Origin: the human T2T-CHM13v2.0 reference genome, Homo sapiens
Strand: one strand, 5' to 3'
Assembly (NCBI RefSeq): GCF_009914755.1
Contig: NC_060947.1
DNA: 64,000 nt
Shown: positions 44,982-57,737 of the stretch, one piece after another
Position numbering within the stretch: position 1 is the first letter of the stretch
How the letters are laid out: the number at the start of each line of letters is the position of its first letter
Translations under genes and position numbers: made by a program
The notes under the pieces: model-generated
Told to the model about the DNA's origin: nothing
Database searches by the model: none
The model's input: only the letters and a program-made list of their open reading frames with translations

Positions 44982-47900
44982 TCTCTTAGTCCATTTTCTA
45001 CTGCTGTAACAGAATACAACAGAGTGGACAATATAGAAAAAGATTTATTTGGCTCACAGTTCTGGAGACTGAGAAATCTAAGAGATGGCACCAACATCTA
45101 GTGAGGGTCATCCTGTAATAGAAGGCATCACATGGCAAGAACATGAGTGTGCAAGTCAGAGAGATGAAATCCAGCTGAATTCATCCTTTTACTAGGAGTC
45201 CACTCTCTCTCTCTCAATAATGGCACTAATCCTGTGATAATGGCATTAATTGATTCGTGACAGCAGAGCCCTTATTACCTAATCACCTCTTAAAGATCCT
45301 GCCTCTCAACACTATTACATTGGCAACTGAATTTCAACATGAGCTTTGGAGGAGACATTCTGCTCTTGGTCCCTCAAAACTTATATCCTTCTCACAATGC
45401 AAAATACATTCCTTCCATACCAATAGCCCCAAAGTCTTAACTCATTACAACATAATCTCAAAAGTCTAAAGTCTGAAGTCTTATCTAAATCAGACATAGA
45501 TGAGATTTAAGGTATGATGCATCCTGGGGCAAATTCCTCCATCTGTGAGCCTGTGAAATTGAAGAAGGTATCTACTTCCAAAATACAATAGTGGGACAGG
45601 CATACAATAGACATTCCCATACCAAAATGGATAACTGGTTTCAAGTAAGTCCAAAACCCAAAATGGAATACAACATTTAATCTTAAAACTGGAGAATAAT
45701 TTGCTTTGCCTCCCTGTCCCATATCCTGGGTACACTGGGGTATGTGGCTGGGTCCTCAAACCCTCAAACCCTTTGGCAGCCCTAACCCTGGGGCTTTTAT
45801 GGATTCAGTCTACTCAGCAATTCTCACAGGTTGTAGTCTCATGCCTGTAGCTTTTGGAGGCTGGTGTTATATGCTTGTGGCCCTACAGTTCTGGGGTCTC
45901 TGAGGTGACCCCACTCCTACAGCCACACTAGGCATTCCCCTAGTGGGAACTGTCTGTGGTAGCTCTAGCCCTGTGGCTGGTTTTACCCTAGGGCCCTAGG
46001 CTATCAACAGCATCCATGCACACACAACTCTTGCATTTTGCAAGCCTGCAGACTTAACTCCATCAAGACTTATAGATTATACCTTCCATTTTGGCAAGTC
46101 TAGCTACATCTGGGCCCTCTTGAGCCATGGCTGGGTGGCTGAGGGGTGCTACGCTGGGATTCAGGGAGAAGAGTCCTAAGGTGGCCCTGAGCAGTGAGCC
46201 TGTATCAGTTTATTCCCACACTGCTATAAAGACACTACCTGAGACTGGGTAATTTATAATGGAAAGAGGTTTAATTGACTCACAGTTCTGCTTAGCTGGG
46301 GAGGCCTCAGGAAACTAACAATTATGGTGGAAGGTGAAGGGAAAGCAAGGCACATCTTACATGGTGGCAGGAGATAGAGAGTGCACAGTGGAAACTGCCA
46401 CTTTTAAAACCATCAGATTTCATGAAAACTCCCTCATTATCATGAGAATAGCATGGGGAAAACTGCCCCCATGATACAATCACCTCCAACCTGGTCCCTC
46501 CCTTTCAACATGTGGTGATGCCTTCCCAATAGTCCCCCAAAGTCTTAACTCATTCCAGCATTAACTCAAAAGTTCAAGTCCAAAGTCTCATCTGAGGAAA
46601 GGCAACTCCGTTCCACCTATGAGTCTGTAAAATCAAAAGAAAGTTAGTTACTTCCAAGATACAATGGGGGTACAGGCATTGGGTAAATGTTCCCATTCCA
46701 AATGGGAGAAAATGGCCAAAACAAAGAAGCCACAGGCCCCAGGCAAGTCTGAAACCTGGCCAGGCCATCATTAAATCTTAAAGCTCCAAAATCTCCTTTG
46801 ACTCCATGTCTCACATCCAGAGCATGCTATTACAAGGGGTGTGCTCCCATGGCCTTGGGCAGCTCTGCCCCTGTGGATTTGCAAGGTACAGCCCCTGTGG
46901 CTGCCTTCATGGGCTGGTGTTGAGTGCTTTTAGCCTTTTCAGGTGCATGATGCAAGATGTCAGTGGATCTATATTTCTGGGGTCTGGAGGATGGTGGTCC
47001 TCTTCTCACAGATCCGCTAGGTAGTGGCCCAGTGGGGACTCTCTATCAGGGCTCTGACCCCACATTTCCCTTCCACACTGCTCTAACAGAGGTTCTCCAT
47101 GAGGGTTCCACTCCTACAGCAGACTTCTGCCTGGACATCCAGGCATTTCCATACATCCTCTGAAATCTAGGCGGAGGGTCCCAAAGCTCAATTCTTGTGT
47201 TCTGTACACCTGCAGGCCCAACACCATGTGAAAGCTGCCAAGGCTTGGGGCTTGCACACTCTGACACATTTTAAAACCATCAGATCTCATGAGAACTCCC
47301 TCACTGTCATGAGAACAGCATGGGGGAAACTGCCTCCATGATCCAATCATCCCCCACCAGGTGCATCCCTGGACACATGGCAATTACAATTTGCGATGAG
47401 ATTTGGGTGGAAACACAGAGCCAAACCATATCAGAGCCCATGGAGGATACCCCAGGCCTGTTACCCCAAACAGTTCTGCCCTGCTAGAGCCCCTGAGCTT
47501 GTGATGGGAGAGGCTGTCTCAAAGATCTTCAAAATGCCTTTGGGGTCTTTTGTCCCTTGTCTTGATGGATGGCACCTGGCTTGTTTCTATGCGTATTAAT
47601 TCCTTTAACAAATGGTTGCTTGGCCACACTTTTTGTATTCTCTTCTAAAGATGCCTTTTCACTCTTTACCTTGCCAGCTTGCAAATTTTCAAAATTTTTC
47701 TATTCTGCTTCCCTTTTTAAGTATTAATTCCATCTTTAAGCCATCTCTTTGCTCTCATATCTCCCTATATACAATGAAAAGTAGCCATACAGTAGCCTGA
47801 ATACCTTGCTGCGTTGATATTTCTTGTACCAGATGCCCTAGTTTATCACTTTTAAGCTCTGCATTCCATAAGCCCTGGACACAGACACAATTTCATCACC

Positions 47901-48624
47901 TTCTTTGCCACTTTATAAAAAGGATAGCCTTTACTCCAGTTTTCAGTACCTTGTTTCTCATTTCTTTCTGATACCTCATCACAGTTGCCTTTACTGTCCA
48001 TATTCCTACCAACATTCTGGTCATAACCCCTTAAGTAATCTCTAAAAAGATCAGACTTTCCCTACAGCTCTCCTCTTCTCCTGAGCCCTTGTCAGAATTC
48101 TCTTTATGGTCTGTCCACATCAGTACAAGATTTTTCTAGCCTTTTCCTCCAGATTCGTTCAGCCTCTGCTCATTACCCAGTTCCAAAGCCACTCCCACAT
48201 CTTCAGGTATTTGTTATAGCAACAACCCCACTCTCGGTACCAATTTTTCTGTCTTAGTCCATTTTCTGCTGCTATAACAGAAGACCACAGATGGTGCAAT
48301 TTGTAAGGAAAAGAGATTTATTTGGCTCTCAGTTCTAGATGCTGAGAAGTCCAAGAGCATCAGCACCTGTTGGCATTAGGTGAGGGTCATCCCATGGCAG
48401 AAGGCACACATATGAGACAGAGAGAGGAAATCCAGCTCAACTCATCCTTTTCTCAGAAGCCCACTCTCAGAAAACACTAACCCAGTTCCACAATAACATT
48501 ACTCCATTCATAAGGGCAAAGCCCTCATGACCTAATTATCTTCCAAAGGTCTTACTTCTCAACACTGTTACATTGGCAATTGAATTTCAATATGAGTTTT
48601 GGTGGGGACATTCAAACCATAACA
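44982..48624 (-). mobile_element. Two-LTR MaLR element (MSTC-like LTR-internal-LTR)
   Basis: Homologous LTRs at 44982-~45360 and 48250-48624 (both tcttagtccattttct.ctgct.taacagaa...) flank MST-int-like sequence. Confidence 0.85.
46201..47433 (-). mobile_element. THE1D/MSTA-like element (partial LTR, deleted internal, partial LTR) nested in the MST internal region
   Basis: TG...CA termini; THE1-type LTR text occurs twice; THE1-int text at 46515-47265; perfect TSD GAGCC at 46196-46200 and 47434-47438. Confidence 0.87.
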
Positions 48625-50339
48625 ATGAAACATGCCTCATATACAAGTTATGACTTTACCCCTTAACTCCCATTCAAAAAGAAGTATACTGGAATGCATA
48701 TGTGTAAGAGTGACATAATATAATGGTGACTTCAGCTCTCCTGTAAATTTTTAAATAACTAATTCGTTAACTTCATTATTACCATTATTAGCAACAATCT
48801 TCTTAAAATATGTCTTACAACTGAAAGTAGCATGCTCCAGTGTTCCATGTGTTCTGACACTGGCCTGCTAGACTAGAGCATGTGGTTCAGGGCACTCTCA
48901 CAAATACAGATAAAAGATTTGTGCCCTGATTGTGGATTATCTTAAGGAAGAAATAAACGTCTTGAAAGGTGAAGCTACAAAGTTAAATACATAAAGCGCA
49001 GCAGGAAGGTGATTAGTTTTCACATTGGCATCACAACTATCCATTCTTCTTTTTATCTTATGTTGAAAGGCCATATCAAAGTGTGGGCCCAGGGAAGAAA
49101 GGATACATTAACAGTAACATTAATATAAACTCTATGTTTAACTCCTTGGTAAGACTGGTGAAATTAAAATTAACTTGATTACGTAGGACAAAGATACACA
49201 ATTTATAGATTTTTGTGGTAGAATTTCAGGCACCTAGTCAATAAGGTAGAATGAATTGAAATGGTAAAGATCACCTCTTGTTCTAACTACAGAGAAATGC
49301 TGGTCAAAATAAGGCAAATAATTTACATGCTTAGCCCAGCTGGAAAGCAAGTAAGGGAAATTCTCAGGCCTTAGTGATAAATAGGGAGCTCAAAGTAAGA
49401 GAAAGGAGTATAAATTGAAATTGAAGATCTCCTGGAGATATCAAAACCAAATGTGGATATTCAGGGTACATGGGCTTGAGTTTAGGATCTATGTGAAGTA
49501 TGGAGTTAGAGCAGATCCCAGCAAAAATCTAGAAAACTGAATGATTTACAAACCCTGAAATCTATGAAATGGGGCCTAGAAAACTCTGCTTATTGATTCA
49601 GGAAAGTGTACAGAAAATTCACATTCACTCCAGGGCCATAGCTATGAATCCAAGGAAACATTTAAGAGAAACTGGAACTCTAAACCTGTACCAAGCATGG
49701 GTGTGGACTCTAAATTCACATAACTCATATATGACACAAGCCCCCAAGCAAAGAAATTGACAGAAAAACTGGTTCCAAACCAGTGAAACTTGTAGGGCCT
49801 TGGTAGAAGCAACCTTGGAACTTCTCTAAGGGAATTCCTCTATAACCCTCAGCATGTGGGACTACCACAGAAAACAATCCCTGCTGTAGATGAAAATACA
49901 GCAATGAAATTATAAACCTCATAAGAAAATTAACCACCATGATGTTGCTTCCCTTGACACAATGGAAAAAAAAACTGCATACCAAGAAGTAGAGATAATA
50001 GGACAATTTAATAGAGACTTTAAAAGAGGTTGAAAATTGTTTAAAGAGAAAAACAGAATGGAGAAAAATTGTTTGTCAAGAAAAGGGCAGTGATGGTTAT
50101 CTGTGGCCTTTACAAAAATATCTGTCTCTTGTGTTTATTTAACAAGAACCTGTTTAATGGGAGAGTAAAAACATTCCTCCCAGGAGAAATTGCAGCAATA
50201 GTCAGTACCTTATGTGTAGTGCCAAGAAAAGAGCAGTCATTTTTTGATAGACCACCTCAAGGAGGCCCCATTTTACACAGTGCCTTCATTCTGATTTCTT
50301 GTTCTATCCAGGCCCACAGCCACTTGGATGCTTCCTACT

Positions 50340-50495
50340 CACACTGAAGTGGATCTTGCCACTCAGCCACCAAACTCAAATACCAATCTTTCCTGGAAAC
50401 CCCAGACAGACATACCCAGAAATAATGCATTACCAGCTATCTAGGTATTAATATTTCTTAATCCAGTCAATTTGACACCTAAAAATAACCATTAT
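50340..50495 (-). mobile_element. MLT2 (ERVL) LTR fragment
   Basis: acagacatacccagaaataatg...ccagctatctagg...aatccagtcaatttgacacctaaaaataaccat. Confidence 0.75.
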
Positions 50496-50729
50496 AGTTT
50501 ATATTACCTAATTTTTCTTAAAACATGTAAAAATCAGAATAAACAAATTTCTGTGTAATCTTAATAACAGTGGAGAGTATATTATGATACGTCTTCTCAC
50601 CAACCAAAAATTTACTTATACTTTTGATTAATGTTAGTTTCAAGGGCAAGTTCAAGTTAGCAGTGCTTAATATTCTCAAAAATAAACAAAAAAGATAGTC
50701 TTTTCATTTGATTTTTTCGTATTATTTCA

Positions 50730-51011
<282 letters not shown>

Positions 51012-51139
51012 TCATAACTATTTAAAATTTTTCCCAGGTACAATGATAAGATGACTAGAAAAAGAGTTGAAAATTGGGTCACCTCTGAGTTTTCCTTTGG
51101 ATGTTAAATGGTCGCTTCCTGTCTCCCACTGATAATCAG

Positions 51140-51175
51140 GAGTCATTTGCTCATTTCTTTTTCTCTCATTCTCAG
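51140..51175 (+). promoter_or_regulatory. 3' splice site (polypyrimidine tract + CAG) of the IL1RAPL2 exon
   Basis: tttgctcatttctttttctctcattctcAG with branch-point-like CTCAT/CTGAT motifs upstream. Confidence 0.92.
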
Positions 51176-51305
51176 GTAAGCCTCTGAACATCCCCTGCAA
51201 AGCATTCTTCGGATTCAGTGGAGAGTCTGGGCCAATGATCTACTGGATGAAAGGAGAAAAGTTTATTGAAGAACTGGCAGGTCACATTAGAGAAGGTGAA
51301 ATAAG
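51176..51305 (+). CDS. IL1RAPL2: Internal coding exon (130 bp, probably exon 7) of interleukin-1 receptor accessory protein-like 2; N-terminal half of the third Ig-like domain
   Basis: Flanked by AG and GT. Phase-1 start and phase-2 end (2+126+2 nt). Translates to (G)[42 protein letters not shown](R), with the Ig B-strand Cys and C-strand Trp. I recognise this as IL1RAPL2; the paralog IL1RAPL1 has [27 protein letters not shown]. The exon number is from memory. Confidence 0.95.
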
Positions 51306-52319
51306 GTAGAGAGCTTGAATTGCTTATCTTTCTTTGCTGTCTTACGGGATTCTGCTCAGGATTTTAATTGCAACTCCAAATCATTCCATTCTCTAAAAGC
51401 TGATCTTATGGAGAGACCAAGGATGACTGCCTTAAGAAATGCCAATGTGTAAGCTTCTAACATAAGTAGGTCTTTCTCCCATTTAAAGATTATGTCACCA
51501 GGGTATAATGACCCTCCAAAAGCTGCCTAAGCAAATTCCTTTGAGTTTCTAAAGCTAAAACCACTGGTACTCCAACAGTCACAGCAAAGGTCCAGTCTTT
51601 GAAGGTGACTCCTCAGACCACTGGGCAAATTGTTTATTTTCTACCTGGGAACAGACAACCTTCATATGTCATAAGTGTAAAACTGCAGTGGCAATGGTAA
51701 GCTGGTCTTCAGCCAAAATAACTGTTAACTCTTGTTGAATACTGTTTATTTTTCCCAACATCTAATACTTATCCTGAAAAGACTGATCCTTCAATTTAGT
51801 ACATGTTTAGACCTCTTTTCACTCTCCTGTTACACAAATAATTCTCTGGTTTATAGATACCAATTCTATTGGTTTTCTAATTCTATTTAGTACTTTCTCA
51901 TTTGTACAAAAAAGATATAAAAATATAGGTAACCTTTCTCGCCTCACTCAGTTTGTGAGGTTTCTCTTTGGTTTCAGAGATGATGATGTGTAGTGTATGT
52001 TCCTGATTCTGATAGGAATTGGGATTCTTCCCTCTTCACTCCCATTAAGAATCATGCAGTGAAAATTAATCTAAAATTTCAGTATAACTAATGTTAAAGT
52101 TTATTCCTTCAGTTTTCTTATTGAATATAGAGCAGCATAAATGAGACAAGTATGCTTTGTATTATTTACTATGTTTAAATGTTATTTATAATTACTCTCA
52201 TGACAGTTTCTCTCCATGTGTCTACCCAATAACTCTTTTCTAGGGGTTCATAACTTTGAAGGTCTGTGAACCCCTTAAGAGTCTATGCAAAATATTTACT
52301 ATAGGAGCATATTTCTAGG

Positions 52320-53555
52320 CAAAATACACATGAAAAGGTGTTTGACATGTTTAGTAATCAAGGAAATGCAAACCAAAACCACATGATACCACTTTATACT
52401 CACTAGGATGCACTAGGATGGCTATAATTTAAAAAGTCAGATTATAGGCTGAGCACAGTTATTCAGGCCTATAATCCCAGCACTTTGGGAGGCCAAGGTG
52501 GGTGGATTGCTTGAGCTCAGGAGTTTGAGACTAGCCTGAGCAATATGATAAAACCCTGTCTCTCCCCGCTTCCCTGCCAAGAAAAAATACATATATATGT
52601 ACAAATCTTAGCCAGGCATCGTGCTATGTGCCTGTAGTCCCAGCTACTTGCTACTTGGGAGGCTGAGGTGGGCACATCACTTGAGCCCAGGATGTTGAGG
52701 TGGCAGTGAGTCATGATTGTTCTACTACACTCCAGCCTGGGTGACAGAGCAAGACCTTGTCTCAGAAAAAAAAGTCAGATTATAACAAATGTTGGTAAGG
52801 ATATGAAGAAATGGGAAACCTCATATACTGCTGGTAGGAATAGCCCTCCTAGGGATATAAACAAAGTAAATCAAAACATATATCTACAAAAAACTGGTCC
52901 ATGAATGTTCATAGCAGCATTGCTCATAATAGACAAAAATGAAAACAACCTAAATGTCTATCAACTAAGGAATGAATAAATAAAATGTGGTACATTCATA
53001 CAGTGAATATTATTTAACCATAAAAAACGAAATATTGGCATATACTACAACCTGAGTGAACCTTGAAAATGTTCTCAGTGTAAGAAGCCAGAAACAAAAA
53101 AAACACATACTATATGATTCAATTTATATAAGATGTCCACAATAAGCAACTTTATAGAAACAGAAAATAGATTACTGGGTGCTTAGCGCCAGTGGGGAGG
53201 AATGGAATATAGATGTGATAGCTAAAGTGTATGGGTGTGTTTTTGTGTGTGTGATAGAACACAACATAATATAAAATTCATCATTTTAAAATTCACAATT
53301 TAATGGCATTCAGTACATTCAGAATTCATACAACCACCACCACTTTATAGTACCAGAACATTTTCATCACTCTAAAAGGAAACGTTGTACCCATCAAGCA
53401 GTCTGGGGCTTCTTTATAAGATAATGAAAATATTATAAAATTGACCATAGTGATAGTTTCACATCTGTGAATATTCTAGAAAACAAAGAATTGTATACTT
53501 TTAATGGATAGATTATGTGGCATATACATTTTATCTCAATAAAGCTGTTTTTCTT
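52320..53555 (+). mobile_element. L1MB-type 3' region, interrupted by an AluJ and a small antisense L1 piece (~53250-53403)
   Basis: ORF2 C-terminal remnant (ggaaatgcaaaccaaaacca...atgttcatagcagcattgctcataatag) and 3' UTR ending tatctcaataaagctgtt plus an A-tail. Confidence 0.8.
52447..52768 (+). mobile_element. AluJ
   Basis: J-type text (ggattgcttgagctcaggagttt); perfect 16-bp TSD AAAAAGTCAGATTATA at 52431-52446 and 52769-52784. Confidence 0.92.
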
Positions 53556-54341
53556 AAAAAAAAAAAAACCCTTGAAATTAATTGCCTGACACAGAACAGA
53601 TTTTCAGAAATAAATAATGGATATATTACAAATGATTCTAAAGTATTAATTGCCATTTGTACTTTGAAGTTTGTAATTAGTAACACTTTATTAGGCAATT
53701 TTAATTTAATATTTATTTGAAATCAATACAACTGAATTCATTTTAAATTGTTATAGAAGATACATATTTAGGATTACTGTCAACGTATCTGTGTATAAAA
53801 GACCTTAAGGGTCACTTTTCATTCTACAGAACAAGAAACTGGTCCCAAAATGGATATGTGATAGGTACACTAGTATATAGTTAGTAGCAGAAGTTCCATC
53901 ACCAAAAAGCTCAGAGATATGTTTTGTGATCAAAGGTACTAATTATATGAGCCTAAGGTAATAATCTCCCTTTTTGTATGTGTGACTGCATGTAACTTTT
54001 AAAATAAACAGCTTTATCAGAGTATAATTGACATATAATAAATCACACAATTTAAAGTATGCAATTTGTAAGGGCGGATTGATATATGTGTACACCTGTG
54101 AAACCATCACCACAATGAAGATAACATATTAATCACCCCCATGTTTCCTGGTGCCCCTTTGAAATCCCTCCCTCCCGCCCTTCTCCAACAACAGGGATCT
54201 TCTATCACTATAAATCAGTCTGCCTTGTCTAGAATTTTATATAAGCAGAATCATACAATAGGCACTTGTTTTGCTCTGGATTATTTCATGTAGCACAATT
54301 ATTTTGAGATTTCTCCCATCTTGTTATATGTGTCAATAGTT

Positions 54342-55235
<894 letters not shown>

Positions 55236-55791
55236 TCAAAATTAATACATTGTTATTAACTAAAGACATTTCTTTACACACCTTTCTTTAGTTTTTGCGT
55301 ACTATCCCTTTTGTTCTGCAGGATTATTTAACTTTTTAAGAATCTGCCTAACTGTATTCCAAACTGGTTATAATTTTACAAAAGAAAAGTGAGGCACTGC
55401 TACTCTCTCCAGCAGCAAATGATTAGAGTTGGTGGGAGACAAAACATATATACATGAGTTGGATAAATCCTGAACAAGCCACCATATTAGGGGCCAAATG
55501 AGTCAACCAGCTAGGAAATGCTATAGGAAGACAACCTTTCAGGACTTGCAAAATGACATTGTTTAACTGATTTTGTTACATCCTGTTTCTCCACCAAATC
55601 CCCCAGTAAAATAACTATATTAGCAGTGACGGAAAGTTCCAGGAAATTTATTTTGAAAATTTCACAAGACCCTACTAGCTAACTAAAGTCACCTTCATAG
55701 AAGTGCCAACAAAAAGGCAGAAATTCCCAGCCTGGGACTACAGGCACATACCACCATGCCTGGCTAAGATACAGTCACTCATTTTGTAATA

Positions 55792-56138
55792 TAGTCAGGA
55801 GTTGCCTAATGATGGGGATACGTTCTATGTAATACATTATTAGGTGATTTCATTATTGTGCAAACATCATCGAGTGTACATATACAAACCTAGATTATAG
55901 CCTACTACACACCTAATCTATATGGTATAGCCTATTGCTCCTAGGCTACAAACCTGTACAGCATATTATTGTACTGAATACTGTAGGCAACTGTAACACC
56001 ATGGTAATATTTGTGTATGTAAATATATCTAAACAAAGGAAAGGTACAGTAAAATACAGTGTTATAATCTTATGGGGCTACCTTTGTATATGCAATATAT
56101 CATTGACTAAAATGTCATCATTCCACTTCATATGTCTT
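55792..56138 (-). mobile_element. Tigger3a (MER7-type) DNA transposon
   Basis: gatggggatacgttct...tatggtatagcctattgctcctaggctacaaacctgtacagcat...gtactgaatactgtaggcaa matches recalled consensus. Confidence 0.87.
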
Positions 56139-56504
56139 GTGTGATCCATGATCTATTTGGAAGCTTGTGTGGTTTCTATAATTCTTTCAGTCTAGAGCCA
56201 TTTATGCTAATACAGGAACTAATTAACCATGTCTTCTAGCCTCCAAAGTCCTTGAAACAAAGCATACAAGATTTTATACAGCACAGCAAATTGGAACAAA
56301 TCCAGCATTTTAATAGAAAAAAATTGCTAATCATACTATTTAGGTGAACCAAGAGAAGATTCACATTTTTTCATAACCCATATATTTTCTCCATAAGGAA
56401 GAGTTCTGACGGCAGAATACTGAGAATTTTTAATTAGGGGATTCCTCTCAAAGGCATTTCTAGAAACAAAATTTATTTCTGGATGCATGGCCCTTATTCA
56501 GTGC

Positions 56505-57737
56505 TCTCTCTGTCTGTACAGGACATTGTTAAAAAATACCTTAGACTGGGGTAATTTATAAACAACAGAAATGTATTAGTCAAAGTTCTGGAGGCTGGGA
56601 AGTCAAGATCAAGATGCCTGTAGATCCAGTGTCTGGAAAGGGCCTGTGATGGCTGGGGTAGCCCTGAAAATCTCTAGAATTCCTTCTTCTATCGTCCTAA
56701 TGAATACCCTCTGGCTTCCTTATATCTATACTAATCTTATCAAACGTTTTCTTGGCCACACTCTTGGTGTTCCCTATTTAACACACTCTTTCATTCTTTG
56801 CAACATGGCTGGGCTGAGAATGTCCCAAATCTTTAAATTCTGCTTCCCTTTTGATTATAAATTTTATCTTTAATTCATTTTCTTCTCTCATTTTACCATA
56901 GGCAATCCAGAGAAGCCATGCCACACCCTCAGTACTTTGCTTAGCAATTTCTTTCACTAAATATCCTATTGCACCATTCACACGTTCTACCTTCCACAAA
57001 GCACTAGGACATGAAGAAAATTCAGCCAAGTTCTTTGCCACTTTATAACGAGGATGGCCTTCACTTCAGTTTTCAATAACGTGTTTCTCATGTAAGTCTG
57101 AGCCCACATAAAAATGGCCTTTACTGTCCATATTTCTATCAATATTCTGATCATGACCACTTAAGTAATCGCTGAGAAGATTGAAGCTTCCTCTACAGTT
57201 CTCCTCTTCTATTGAACCCTCACCAGAATTGCTCCTTACAGTTAGTTCATGTTGATATAGGCTTTTTCTAGCCTGCTCCTCCAAATTATTCCAGCCTCTG
57301 TTCATTACAAAGTTCCAAAGCCATTCCACATTTTTTGGTATTTTTTTTAACCAGAGCACCCCACTGTCAGCACCAATTTTTGTCTTAGTCCATTTGGGAT
57401 TCTATAACAAGATACCTTAAATGGGTAATTTAAAAACAACAAAAATTTATAGCCCACAGTTCTCAAGGCTGGGAAGTCCAAGATCAATGTGCTGGCAGAT
57501 TAAGTGTCTGGTGAGGGCCTGTTCCTCGTGGATGGAACCTTCTGTGTGTCCTCACATGGCAACAAGGGCAAGGGAACTCATTCATGCTTCTTTTATAAGG
57601 GCACTAATCCCATTCATGAGTGGGGAGCCTTCATGATTTAATCACTTCTCAAAGGCCCCACCTCTTAATACTATCACGATGGATATTAGGTGACAGCATA
57701 TGATTTTTGGGAGACCACAAACATTTAGACCATAGCA
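56505..57737 (-). mobile_element. MaLR (MSTD/MLT1A-like): partial LTR, internal remnant, LTR
   Basis: LTR text at ~56505-56645 and 57381-57737; MST-int-like text between them, homologous to 47500-48250. Confidence 0.78.
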
